A DNA stretch of 64,000 nt from Candidatus Doudnabacteria bacterium (GTDB taxonomy: Bacteria; Patescibacteriota; Doudnabacteria; UBA920; O2-02-FULL-48-8), in the NCBI GenBank assembly GCA_025450105.1, contig JANWIA010000022.1, positions 5,630 through 69,629 on the forward strand. The letters are read 5' to 3'. Shown in pieces: positions 55,627-64,000 of the stretch. The position numbers were made by a program, and so were the translations under genes. Each line of letters begins with the position of its first letter. The stretch's first letter is position 1. The notes under the pieces were generated by a model, which ran no database searches, was not told the DNA's origin, and worked only from the letters and a program-made list of their open reading frames with translations.

Positions 55627-56244
55627 ATGTACCGATATAGCGTGGCTAAATCACCAACAGACAAACAAGGAGTTTTTGCCCTGATCCGAAAAATTTATGG
55701 AATTGAAGGATATTTAACCGGCAACGGGAGTGCTTTTGATAAATATTTGTTGTTGGAAACTTCCATGGTCTTTCGCGGACTGGTAAACAACAAATTATTC
55801 GGGACAATTTCCGTGGTGACAGATTTAGGACACGGTTTGCCCATGGATATTCTTTATAAAAAGGAACTTGAGGCCTTGCGTCAGCAAGGTAAACTCTTAG
55901 CAGAGGTCACGCAGTTTGCTGTTGACCATGACATCATAAAGCAGGAAGACCTTTTTTTTAATTCCCTAAAGCAACTGACTACCGACCTTCCATTGTTTAA
56001 ACTGGTTTTGGATTTTGCAGCGTTTAAAAATCTTGATTTTTTGTGCATAACAGTTAACCCCCGGCACGCCAAATTTTACCAATCCTTGGGGTTTGTTCAA
56101 TTTGGCGAACTTAAATATTATGAGTCCGTTAACAATGCACCGGCACTATTGTATGTTCTGGATTTGCATGAATTCAAAAATAAAAAATTGCCCGGAATTT
56201 TCAAAACATTGTCCGCGCAGCCTGACTTTAGTTTATTTACTTAA
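55627..56244 (+). CDS. Putative acyl-ACP-dependent N-acyltransferase (OlsB/FeeM-like, GNAT-related fold), paralog 1
   Basis: Roughly 60% identical to the 57734-58354 product; length and context; assignment is inferred. Confidence 0.4.
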   Translation: MYRYSVAKSPTDKQGVFALIRKIYGIEGYLTGNGSAFDKYLLLETSMVFRGLVNNKLFGTISVVTDLGHGLPMDILYKKELEALRQQGKLLAEVTQFAVDHDIIKQEDLFFNSLKQLTTDLPLFKLVLDFAAFKNLDFLCITVNPRHAKFYQSLGFVQFGELKYYESVNNAPALLYVLDLHEFKNKKLPGIFKTLSAQPDFSLFT

Positions 56245-56932
56245 GCTCGCTAAAAACGTGCTTGATGTGCTCGTAACAAACCTCGTAACCAGCATCATTT
56301 GGATGCGAGAGGTCGGTGAAAAAATACTTTTTCCTGTCGACAAGCAAAATGTTCGGGTCCTGATCGATCAACAAACAACCGTTACTGGCCGCGACCTTTT
56401 CAAAAACTTCATGGACGCGGGCGGCGCGATAGTTTAAAAAATCCCGTTCCAAAAAGGAGTATAAGGGCATATCACCGGTTTTGCTTGGAACCCAAAAAAC
56501 AATTTGTTTCGATACTGGCTTGAGGTACTCAACTAATTCCTCAAGATTTTTTTTGATCTTTTTCAAACTGGAAAAAGTTACGATATCAATTCCCCCAACC
56601 ATCAAGACCGCCAAATCATAGTGACCTAAATGCTGTTGTTTAAGGTGTTTAATTAACCCCCCAATGTTCAACCGGCTCACAGAATGATTTGTAATATCCG
56701 CAGTTGGCATGTCTCGGCCTAAAATTCCGACCAGGTTCCTTGTCGGGTCGGTAGCGCCAGTGCCGACTAAAAAACTATCGCCGGCAAATAAAATATGGCA
56801 ACTCGGATTTTCTGGATGCTGGGAATAAGGTACAAGCGTTTTGCCCATTAATTTTTTTGGCGAGGCGTAAAAGACAATTCGACTGACTTCGAATAGTACC
56901 AGGCCTGCCAAAATTAGCAAAAAATAAATCAT
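56237..56932 (-). CDS. SGNH/GDSL hydrolase with N-terminal TM, paralog 1
   Basis: GDS block (HILFAGDSFLVGTGA) and DxxH (HPNDAGYE). Confidence 0.65.
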   Translation of the reverse strand: MIYFLLILAGLVLFEVSRIVFYASPKKLMGKTLVPYSQHPENPSCHILFAGDSFLVGTGATDPTRNLVGILGRDMPTADITNHSVSRLNIGGLIKHLKQQHLGHYDLAVLMVGGIDIVTFSSLKKIKKNLEELVEYLKPVSKQIVFWVPSKTGDMPLYSFLERDFLNYRAARVHEVFEKVAASNGCLLIDQDPNILLVDRKKYFFTDLSHPNDAGYEVCYEHIKHVFSELK

Positions 56933-56935
56933 AAT

Positions 56936-57661
56936 TTAATAGACCGGTTCTTTAACCTTGACCATGGCTTCACGCAAATGGACATACATTAACCTATAGC
57001 CTTCGTCGTTTGGGTGGTGTTTGTCCTTTGCATAATAACGGTTGCGGTCGCGTAAAAGCAAGTCACTATGCTCTTCCAAAAAATCGATGCCAAATTCCTT
57101 TGCAACGTGTTTAAAGACCCTGCGGACTTTTCGGGAACGGATATTCAAAATCCCAGAAAACGGCCAGTGATAAAGCGGAACCAGTCCAGTGTGACCAGGT
57201 ATAACTAAAATTACTTTTTTACAGTGCCGCATGAGAATGGTTAAGAGCGAACTCAAATTTAATTCCAGGCGCGACAACGGCGTGTGGTTTATAATATCCA
57301 TGCCCCCGACCATGACGATTGCAAGATTGTATCGTCCGAATTCTTCTTTATTTAGCAAATGTTTGACCAACTTGCCGGTGGTTATGCCGTTCTTAGAAAA
57401 ATTCGAAATGTCTAATAACGGAAAATCCTTTGCCAACAAACCGGTAAAAGTTGTTTCTGGCACCGAAGCCCCAACTCCCACAGCATAACTATCCCCAACC
57501 ACCAATATACTGTCTGTGGCATAGGCAGGATGATGCGAAAACGGCACTGGGAAGTGAGAAATGGCCCGGGTAATAATCATTAAATAGGCCAATCGAAACA
57601 TTTCGACCAGCACTATCGGGGCAATTATCCAGAGTAAAACAATTTGTGTTTCAAGTGACAT
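56936..57661 (-). CDS. SGNH/GDSL hydrolase with N-terminal TM, paralog 2
   Basis: ILVVGDSYAVGVGAS and HPNDEGYR. Confidence 0.65.
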   Translation of the reverse strand: MSLETQIVLLWIIAPIVLVEMFRLAYLMIITRAISHFPVPFSHHPAYATDSILVVGDSYAVGVGASVPETTFTGLLAKDFPLLDISNFSKNGITTGKLVKHLLNKEEFGRYNLAIVMVGGMDIINHTPLSRLELNLSSLLTILMRHCKKVILVIPGHTGLVPLYHWPFSGILNIRSRKVRRVFKHVAKEFGIDFLEEHSDLLLRDRNRYYAKDKHHPNDEGYRLMYVHLREAMVKVKEPVY

Positions 57662-57680
57662 TTTTTGATTAAAATATTTC

Positions 57681-57723
57681 TTGCATCTATTCTTAATTCA
57701 CATTAGTATTATTATAACATTTA
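57681..57723 (+). promoter_or_regulatory. Candidate sigma70-like promoter (TTGCAT-17-TAGTAT) followed by TATTATAACATT motif; the same motif lies upstream of the paralog at 55595-55610
   Basis: Hexamers with 17-bp spacing, 25 nt upstream of ATG; motif shared between both paralog upstream regions. Confidence 0.35.
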
Positions 57724-57733
57724 TTGATTAAAC

Positions 57734-58354
57734 ATGACGTATAGATACGGAATTGCACGCACAGAATCGGAAAAACGGGAAGCGGTTTCTTTAATCCGAA
57801 AAATTTTCAATCATGTTGGATATTTAAACGGTGACCAAAATGATTTCGAAAAATACTTACTTTTGGATACATCAAGAATTTTTAGCGCCTTTGTAAACGA
57901 AAAGTTATTTGGCACCATTTCTGTTGTTCCTGATTTAAATCAAGATCTGCCGATGGACATCCTTTACGGCCAAGAACTACAACCGTTTCGGCAGCAAGGG
58001 AAGCGTTTGGCCGAAGCCACCCAATTTGCTGTTGATCATGGAAAAGTTAAAGAGGAAGATCCAACTTTTAACTCGTTAAAACAACTCTCCGTTAATCTTC
58101 CACTTTTTAAGCTGATTTTAGATTTTGCCGCGTTCGCCAAGATTGATTGCATTTGTATTACCGTTAATCCTAAACATTCAAAGTTTTATGAGACAATAGG
58201 TTTTGTCCAAATCGGCGGATTAAAATATTATGCTCTCGTAAACAATGCGCCGGCCCTGGCATACATCCTCGACCTTGCTCAATTTAGAAATAGCAAATTG
58301 CCTGGAATGTTAAAATTGCTATCCGAACAGCCTGACCTTAGCTTGTTTACTTAA
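57734..58354 (+). CDS. Putative N-acyltransferase (OlsB/FeeM-like), paralog 2
   Basis: Paralog of 55627-56244. Confidence 0.4.
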   Translation: MTYRYGIARTESEKREAVSLIRKIFNHVGYLNGDQNDFEKYLLLDTSRIFSAFVNEKLFGTISVVPDLNQDLPMDILYGQELQPFRQQGKRLAEATQFAVDHGKVKEEDPTFNSLKQLSVNLPLFKLILDFAAFAKIDCICITVNPKHSKFYETIGFVQIGGLKYYALVNNAPALAYILDLAQFRNSKLPGMLKLLSEQPDLSLFT

Positions 58355-58366
58355 CGATAATTAATT

Positions 58367-58990
58367 ATGACTACTAAAACAAATTACATACTTCGCCCGG
58401 CAATCGCAAAACCACTAATTCATTGGTTTTACGACACTTATTGCAGCGCGGGAAATTTAGGAAAAAAATTTAAACAAAAAATTATTAAACTTGCTGGCAT
58501 AAAAAATGGCGATACTGTTGTGGATATTGGTTGTGGCACCGGAGTTTTATTAATTGAAGCTCAAAAGCAATTTCCGCAGGCAAAATTTATCGGATTTGAC
58601 CCGGAACAAGAAGCCAGCACAATCGCTAGGAAAAGAATGAGAAGATTAAGCATCCCAATTGTAGTTTTGGAAGATTGGGCCGAAGAACTTTGGATTGCAG
58701 ATAATTCAGTAGATGTAGCACTTTCTACTTTAGTGCTTCACCACTTGCCAACTGATGCAAAAATCGAATCCCTTAAAGAAATGCACAGAATTCTTAAACC
58801 GGGCGGAAAAGTTATTATTTCCGATTTCGGGCCTGGCGGTTGGGGCCTGTTTCTGTTTGAGCACAGGGGTTACCTAAAAGATCACAGGCTAGGATTAATT
58901 CCCGAATTTCTCAAAAAATCAGGTTTTAAAAACGTTTCTGTCATCCATAAACATTCTAAAAAAATCGATATTATTCAAGGAGAAAAATAA
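58367..58990 (+). CDS. Class I SAM-dependent methyltransferase
   Basis: VVDIGCGTG motif I, LKPGGKVII post-II region. Confidence 0.8.
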   Translation: MTTKTNYILRPAIAKPLIHWFYDTYCSAGNLGKKFKQKIIKLAGIKNGDTVVDIGCGTGVLLIEAQKQFPQAKFIGFDPEQEASTIARKRMRRLSIPIVVLEDWAEELWIADNSVDVALSTLVLHHLPTDAKIESLKEMHRILKPGGKVIISDFGPGGWGLFLFEHRGYLKDHRLGLIPEFLKKSGFKNVSVIHKHSKKIDIIQGEK

Positions 58991-59008
58991 ATCGCCCGGT
59001 TGGGCGAT

Positions 59009-60337
59009 TTATAATTTTCGCAAGCTTATAAAAAATGTGCTCCCTTTATTTTCTTCCGATGTAAACCAGGTTCTACCGCCATGGGATTCTATCACTTGCT
59101 TAATGTAATACAGACCGAGGCCGGTTCCCTTAACCGAACTTAACCTGGCATTACTGGCGCGGTAAAACCCACCAAATATTTTTTCCTGATCCGCCTTCGG
59201 GATACCAATACCTTGGTCAGCCACAGAAATTTGAACACTGCCGTTGATTTTTTTGACGATAATTTTCACCTGGCCTTTTGGTTTGGAATATTTGAGGGCA
59301 TTGGAAATTATATTATTAATGACACGCTTAATTTTAACCTTGTCCCCTTTTACAGAAGCAGCTGTAACGGAGCTGACCAGTTCCACACCTCGATTACGCG
59401 CTTCCAGTTCAAAATTTTTGGCCGCATCGTCGACAACGCCGCCGAGATCGAAAACTTCCCAAGGATTAACTTTTTTGGCATTGACGGAATAAAGGTCCAG
59501 TAAGTCGTTAACAATCCCAATCATATTTTCGCTACTGTTCCGGATCAGCGCCAGCACGTCGTTTTGTTTCTTATCCAACTTGCCCGAAGTTCCCTTGATT
59601 AAAGTTTGCGCGGCCCAGGAAATGCCATTCAATGGCGAGCGGATTTCGTGCGACGCCAAGGATACCATTTCGGCATTCATGGTCATACGGACGATTTCTT
59701 TTTTTCGTGAGAACCAGTAGATTATCAAGATCACTAAAAGGAAAAGTGTGATCAGCGCTGACAACGCGGTGGCCAACCAAACAGCGCGCTGATGGCTTTC
59801 TGTTGAAATATCCATGCCTACAACGGCAACGACCTCATCAGTTGATGGGTCAGTGATAACACTCAATGCGGAAATCCAAGTTCCCCAACGGTCTGTGTAA
59901 TCACTTTCCAGTAACGATTGTTTATTTTGGAACATCGCGCGCAATTGCGGACTGGCCTCAAAATAAACATCGCCCGGTGCTGAATAATCTTCAGAGTCTG
60001 GATCCTCCGAATCTAAATAGAAAAAGATTTGACCGTTATGTTGCCCAAGCGCGTAAATAAATCTCGTGTCATAGTTTTGCTGTTTGGCTTTTGTGAACTG
60101 CTCCTTGAGCATCTGATAAGTCGGGTTCTCTAAATCGTCCTCCGATCCTGTCAGCGCCTTAATATCAGCAGGCTTAACAAACTGAGCAATGGTGTTGGCG
60201 CGGGTCAACAACGAATTCTTATCCGACGCATCAACGGTATAGTAAACAAAAACAGTGGCTGCTGTTCCAATAATGAACACCAGTCCAATCAATAAACCCA
60301 AATATTCTGAATTGTATTTGCCAAAGTTTTGTTTCAT
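59009..60337 (-). CDS. Sensor histidine kinase (TM, extracytoplasmic sensor, TM, HisKA, HATPase_c); no response regulator in window
   Basis: H-box SHEIRSPLNGI, N/G1/G2 boxes. Confidence 0.85.
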   Translation of the reverse strand: MKQNFGKYNSEYLGLLIGLVFIIGTAATVFVYYTVDASDKNSLLTRANTIAQFVKPADIKALTGSEDDLENPTYQMLKEQFTKAKQQNYDTRFIYALGQHNGQIFFYLDSEDPDSEDYSAPGDVYFEASPQLRAMFQNKQSLLESDYTDRWGTWISALSVITDPSTDEVVAVVGMDISTESHQRAVWLATALSALITLFLLVILIIYWFSRKKEIVRMTMNAEMVSLASHEIRSPLNGISWAAQTLIKGTSGKLDKKQNDVLALIRNSSENMIGIVNDLLDLYSVNAKKVNPWEVFDLGGVVDDAAKNFELEARNRGVELVSSVTAASVKGDKVKIKRVINNIISNALKYSKPKGQVKIIVKKINGSVQISVADQGIGIPKADQEKIFGGFYRASNARLSSVKGTGLGLYYIKQVIESHGGRTWFTSEENKGSTFFISLRKL

Positions 60338-60508
60338 TCCTACCTTTTCTATACCATAATCATATCAGAAAAAAACTCTCACTGAAATCTGAGAAATTTC
60401 ACATTTTAGGATGATTCCGTTACTATGGAGTTGCAGGGTTCCTTGGTCTGTGTTTTGTTGTCAGTTGGAAAAGGACTTTGGGACCCTGCCTATCCAATCG
60501 GAGGATTG

Positions 60509-60895
60509 ATGAAACGATACAGCGACGTTGACTTGTTAATGCAAGGATCGTACCAAAAACTGGAGTTGCTGGTTGCACTTGAAACCGAGCTCAACCAAAT
60601 ATCTTGGCCGAGCCTCCTCAAATTCTTCAACATTAGTTTTAAGCTTCGATCGAGTGGCATTTGCGTGATCAACTGCATATTCCACCAGGATCGAAGACCC
60701 TCACTGTTTCTGAAACCGAATTCTGGCTGGTACAAATGCTACGGCTGCCAGGAGGAAGGAAGCAAACTCGAGTTTCTTCAACACATGTTGTTCGACGAGG
60801 CAGAGGTCTCAAATAACATGCTCGAAGAATCACTGGAAATTGTCGATCGCATCCCTCGGATGCCCATCGAAGGTCAGCTCTCCCTGCCAATATAA
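60509..60895 (+). CDS. Standalone CHC2-type (DnaG-primase-like) zinc-finger protein, 129 aa, high GC, GGAGGA SD
   Basis: CIFHQDRRPSLFLKPNSGWYKCYGCQEEGSKLEFLQHM matches the C-x-H-x17-C-x2-C primase zinc-finger pattern. Confidence 0.5.
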   Translation: MKRYSDVDLLMQGSYQKLELLVALETELNQISWPSLLKFFNISFKLRSSGICVINCIFHQDRRPSLFLKPNSGWYKCYGCQEEGSKLEFLQHMLFDEAEVSNNMLEESLEIVDRIPRMPIEGQLSLPI

Positions 60896-61122
60896 AAAGA
60901 CTGCACTCGCAACGATTGCAGTCTTTTTACGTTTTTACATTCCCAAAAATTGTAGAAGTTTATGGACCAGAAAGGCTGGCCAGACGATTGCTTTTAAGAC
61001 CCCCACTACACCATCCCCGAATCCGGTTGCGGTTTGGATGTAATATACTACCGCACCAAGGAAACCTAAACCATAAACCCCGCCCCCGACCCCGCCATGC
61101 TTTGACATAGATATAAAATTAA

Positions 61123-61536
61123 TTAATTAGGTTTTTTATTTTCATCAGCAAAATCAATTTCATGCATTCGGTTGTAATTTTCTAAAGTTGCCCGTTCAAT
61201 TTCTACAACCTCGTCGTTGGACGGAAATTCGACATCAACTGCGGCACAAAACTGTTTTATCTCATCTACACTTTTTAATTCTCGTAAACTCGTCTTAAAA
61301 TTGATATACATTCTATCCTTTTCGGAGAATGGCACGTTTTCGTCTTTAAGCTCAAGTGTGAATCTTTCCTGTTCGCGCTCAAGATAATCCGGATACTTTT
61401 TAACAGCAACCCGATCTGTAAGCAAGTCAAGAAAAATCTCTTGGAATTGGGGATCAGTTTTAAGCCGTTCGAAATCCATATATTCCAATGGCTCTTTTCG
61501 ATTTTCGTTCATATGTCTAATGATAACAAAAAGCAC
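61123..61536 (-). CDS. Hypothetical acidic protein
   Basis: ORF only. Confidence 0.35.
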   Translation of the reverse strand: MLFVIIRHMNENRKEPLEYMDFERLKTDPQFQEIFLDLLTDRVAVKKYPDYLEREQERFTLELKDENVPFSEKDRMYINFKTSLRELKSVDEIKQFCAAVDVEFPSNDEVVEIERATLENYNRMHEIDFADENKKPN

Positions 61537-61564
61537 TAGCTTTCACTAGTGCTTTTATTTGCGG

Positions 61565-62104
61565 TTAGTTACCCGTTGGAATCTTGATTGACGACATGTC
61601 CATGAAAGTGATGTTGGCAGGTAATGCAAACTTGGTTGCATCAACAGTCCAGCCACTACAGTTATAATCAACTTCCTTGTTTACATCAACATTTTGGTTT
61701 GACCCGGCCGAACCGGATGCCGATTTCGCAGTTGAGAACTTGAAGCCATTGGTCTGGCCATCAACCCAACCATAATAGGTATTGTCCTGGATAATCGCGT
61801 GCGAACTGGCACTGACTCCGTTGGTGACCGAAGTAATATCCATTCGGGCCTTACCATTGGCAGTGTAAACAGTTCCCTGTGACTGACCTTCGCTATAAGT
61901 GCATTGCTGCGCGTTCATGCCCAACAAACCCTTAAGTGAGTTCTTCTGCGTGCCGGTTTGGGTGTCCGTATCGTTCGAACTGTCGTTTTGGGATGTTGGC
62001 TGCGTGTTTGATTCCTCGTTCTTCGGACCTTTATTTGCCATGGCAAAATAAACCACAAGAGCAATGACCACAATCGCACCGATGATGCCTAAAGTTTTGT
62101 TCAT
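61565..62104 (-). CDS. Hypothetical membrane-anchored/exported Ser/Thr/Gln-rich protein
   Basis: N-terminal TM, low-complexity linker. Confidence 0.4.
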   Translation of the reverse strand: MNKTLGIIGAIVVIALVVYFAMANKGPKNEESNTQPTSQNDSSNDTDTQTGTQKNSLKGLLGMNAQQCTYSEGQSQGTVYTANGKARMDITSVTNGVSASSHAIIQDNTYYGWVDGQTNGFKFSTAKSASGSAGSNQNVDVNKEVDYNCSGWTVDATKFALPANITFMDMSSIKIPTGN

Positions 62105-62185
62105 ATGCTTTAGTTAATGACTTAATTATATTGTCAGCAAGTTACCAAATAACAATTGCTGCCGCTACTGTTATAATCTACAAAC

Positions 62186-62212
62186 AAAAAACCGCTCCGT
62201 AAAGGGCGGCTC
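62186..62212 (-). terminator. Intrinsic terminator after the M23 peptidase gene
   Basis: ccgctcc/gggcgg stem with GNRA-like loop and T-run on the minus strand. Confidence 0.45.
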
Positions 62213-62222
62213 GTTGCAAGTA

Positions 62223-63713
62223 TTACCTTGACCTGGTCGATGTGGTCCTAAAATCCAGTAGTCTTACAGATGCACGGCGTTTGGAATTAGCATTTGAGGA
62301 CATATAGATTTTTGATTGGTAAATTGTGATATCCCAGGAGGCATTCCACCATTGTTCGAATCCCCAATCAGTTCCCTGAAGCGTCCCGGACAAACTAAAC
62401 CGCTTTGCCTGCGGCCCGCCGGACAATGGCACAGTCACAATTTGTGGCCGCGATCGACGGCTGCTGGCTCGGGAAATACTCACACGCACCCCGCCCATGT
62501 GTGCAGAATCATACGAATCGAATTCTTCTGTCATATCCCCGTCCTCATCAAAAACTTTAACTGTTGGCGGCATTCCAGGTCCGGGAGCGGTGACAATATA
62601 AACGTCATCCCCATTGGCATAGGCTGCAATATCAACCCCGCCGGCAAAAGCCCCGTCGTAAGCAAAAAATGTCAGCACTTCCGTGCCATCTGGTTTGAAC
62701 GCACGAATGTGCGGCCCGCCGCCCTTACCAGGGGCAGTAATAATTTCGGCTTTGTCGTCATCATCAATATCGGCGGTGGTAACATTTACCCCGCCCAGGA
62801 ACTTCGGGTCATAGGCCATAAACTCGCCGGTTTTTTCACCCGCGGAATTGAAAATCTTTACTAGCGGCTGGCTCTTGCTGGCCGGTGCGGTAATGATTTC
62901 ATTCTTACCATCATCATCCAAATCGCCCACTGCCACATCGACTCCGCCGGTCATTTTCATATCGTAAGCAAAAAAATCTCGGACAATTGTTCCGTTTTCA
63001 TTCATAACTTTTACGTGCGGTCCGCCGCCAGGTCCGGCGCCAATAACAATTTCGGTTCCAGAATCTGAATCTAAATTTCCCGCGGCAATGAACGCCCCGC
63101 CTTCGAATCCGCCGAACGGCAAGATTTCATCGTCCTGGATTGGCCTCTCAATTGGCGTGGTAATTTTCGTTGCGGCCTTCAAACTATTATATGGACTGAT
63201 TGGACTGCGGTCTGGCCTGCGGATTTCAAAATGCAGATGCGCGGTGGTGGTTTCTGCATTACCCGAATCACCCATCCAGCCAATCAATTGACCAGCCACG
63301 ACCTCCATGCCGTCATTAACGTCTGGAGCATAAGCGAACATACCGTCGCCAGTCCCATCATCGGTACCCGGATGGTCATTGTTAATGTGCAAATAATGGT
63401 AGGTGTAGTCGTCTTCGTCGCGAATGGTCACGGAATAGCCCCAGGTCTCTTGCGGATAACTAACATTCACGCGTCCGTCCACAGCCGCAACCAATGGCAA
63501 CATTTTCTTGCCCATCAGGTCATTGCCTTCGTGGGAACGTGCCCCACCATCTCGCGGTGCGCCAAAATCATCATAATAAGTCACGGTACCGATTACCGGA
63601 AAAATAATCTTTCTGGTTTCCCATGTTGCCGCTTTTATTTCTAACGGAACCACGAACATGGACAAGAGTACAAATAAAACTGTAACTTTGCTGAGCAATT
63701 TAAATATTTTCAT
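62223..63713 (-). CDS. Secreted M23 (LytM) metallopeptidase fused to FG-GAP/VCBS-like repeats
   Basis: Signal peptide; HEGNDLMG and HLHFEIR M23 zinc motifs; five or more FGG...DxDxDG repeats. Confidence 0.75.
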   Translation of the reverse strand: MKIFKLLSKVTVLFVLLSMFVVPLEIKAATWETRKIIFPVIGTVTYYDDFGAPRDGGARSHEGNDLMGKKMLPLVAAVDGRVNVSYPQETWGYSVTIRDEDDYTYHYLHINNDHPGTDDGTGDGMFAYAPDVNDGMEVVAGQLIGWMGDSGNAETTTAHLHFEIRRPDRSPISPYNSLKAATKITTPIERPIQDDEILPFGGFEGGAFIAAGNLDSDSGTEIVIGAGPGGGPHVKVMNENGTIVRDFFAYDMKMTGGVDVAVGDLDDDGKNEIITAPASKSQPLVKIFNSAGEKTGEFMAYDPKFLGGVNVTTADIDDDDKAEIITAPGKGGGPHIRAFKPDGTEVLTFFAYDGAFAGGVDIAAYANGDDVYIVTAPGPGMPPTVKVFDEDGDMTEEFDSYDSAHMGGVRVSISRASSRRSRPQIVTVPLSGGPQAKRFSLSGTLQGTDWGFEQWWNASWDITIYQSKIYMSSNANSKRRASVRLLDFRTTSTRSR

Positions 63714-63805
63714 ATGTTGTTCATGGTAGCACACCAAAAAATAATATTGAATAAATAAACTGACTAAAAAATTTCTGCTATAATCTCAATACCATAAGGA
63801 GGATT

Positions 63806-64000
63806 ATGGAATTTACAGAGGCGGATCTGGGCCAAGCCACAGACGTGCAATTGGCATCCATGCTTTTGCACCAACTGTATATCTTGTATGACGCGGGTGG
63901 AATATCCAACGACCGGTCCATAAAATCTGGACTCCTGGAAAGGGCCCGGTCCTTATTTCAAGAGTCGTGCTATTTTCACGATTCTTCCGCAGCGCTGCTT
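63806..64000 (+). CDS. Partial hypothetical protein (5-prime end; runs off the window), high GC with AAGGAGG SD
   Basis: ATG at 63806 preceded by AAGGAGG at 63796-63802; frame open to end of window. Confidence 0.25.
   Translation, partial: MEFTEADLGQATDVQLASMLLHQLYILYDAGGISNDRSIKSGLLERARSLFQESCYFHDSSAALL

Noticed and set aside
59009-60337. Two-component system call
   Set aside because: Only the sensor kinase is present; no response regulator within the window, so it is called as an orphan kinase

Overview
The window reads as a gene-dense stretch from a low-GC (about 40-45%) bacterium with a reduced, housekeeping-heavy genome. Most genes lie on the minus strand. The clearly recognisable ones are a PAS-GGDEF-EAL protein, malic enzyme, MscL, ParB, tRNA-Leu(CAA), UppP, GlyA, TsaC, LeuS, TatD, MetG, Nfo, an M16 peptidase, GlyQS, Tgt, PNPase, RpsO, a Xer-type recombinase, an ABC exporter, a translationally coupled cyoABCDE quinol-oxidase operon, a roughly 1845-aa repetitive surface protein, a DEAD-box helicase, and a lipid-oriented cluster (ThiF-like, PlsC, PPTase, ACP, nitroreductase-like, duplicated N-acyltransferase-like/SGNH-hydrolase pairs, methyltransferase, histidine kinase). 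The gene content is compatible with a CPR/Saccharibacteria-like organism, but that is inference, not something I can read from the sequence. Three layers sit on this backbone. First, a family of short dispersed palindromic hairpin repeats in intergenic regions, whose arms covary and which are often followed by T-runs. Second, at least nine short higher-GC patches (about 50-55% GC) whose genes are all unrecognisable and all carry strong AGGAGG ribosome-binding sites, whereas the core genes mostly have none. This looks like foreign cargo of unknown function. Third, a putative aminolipid or lipid-remodelling cluster with a tandemly duplicated two-gene module. No rRNA, CRISPR array, or intact phage or transposon was seen.
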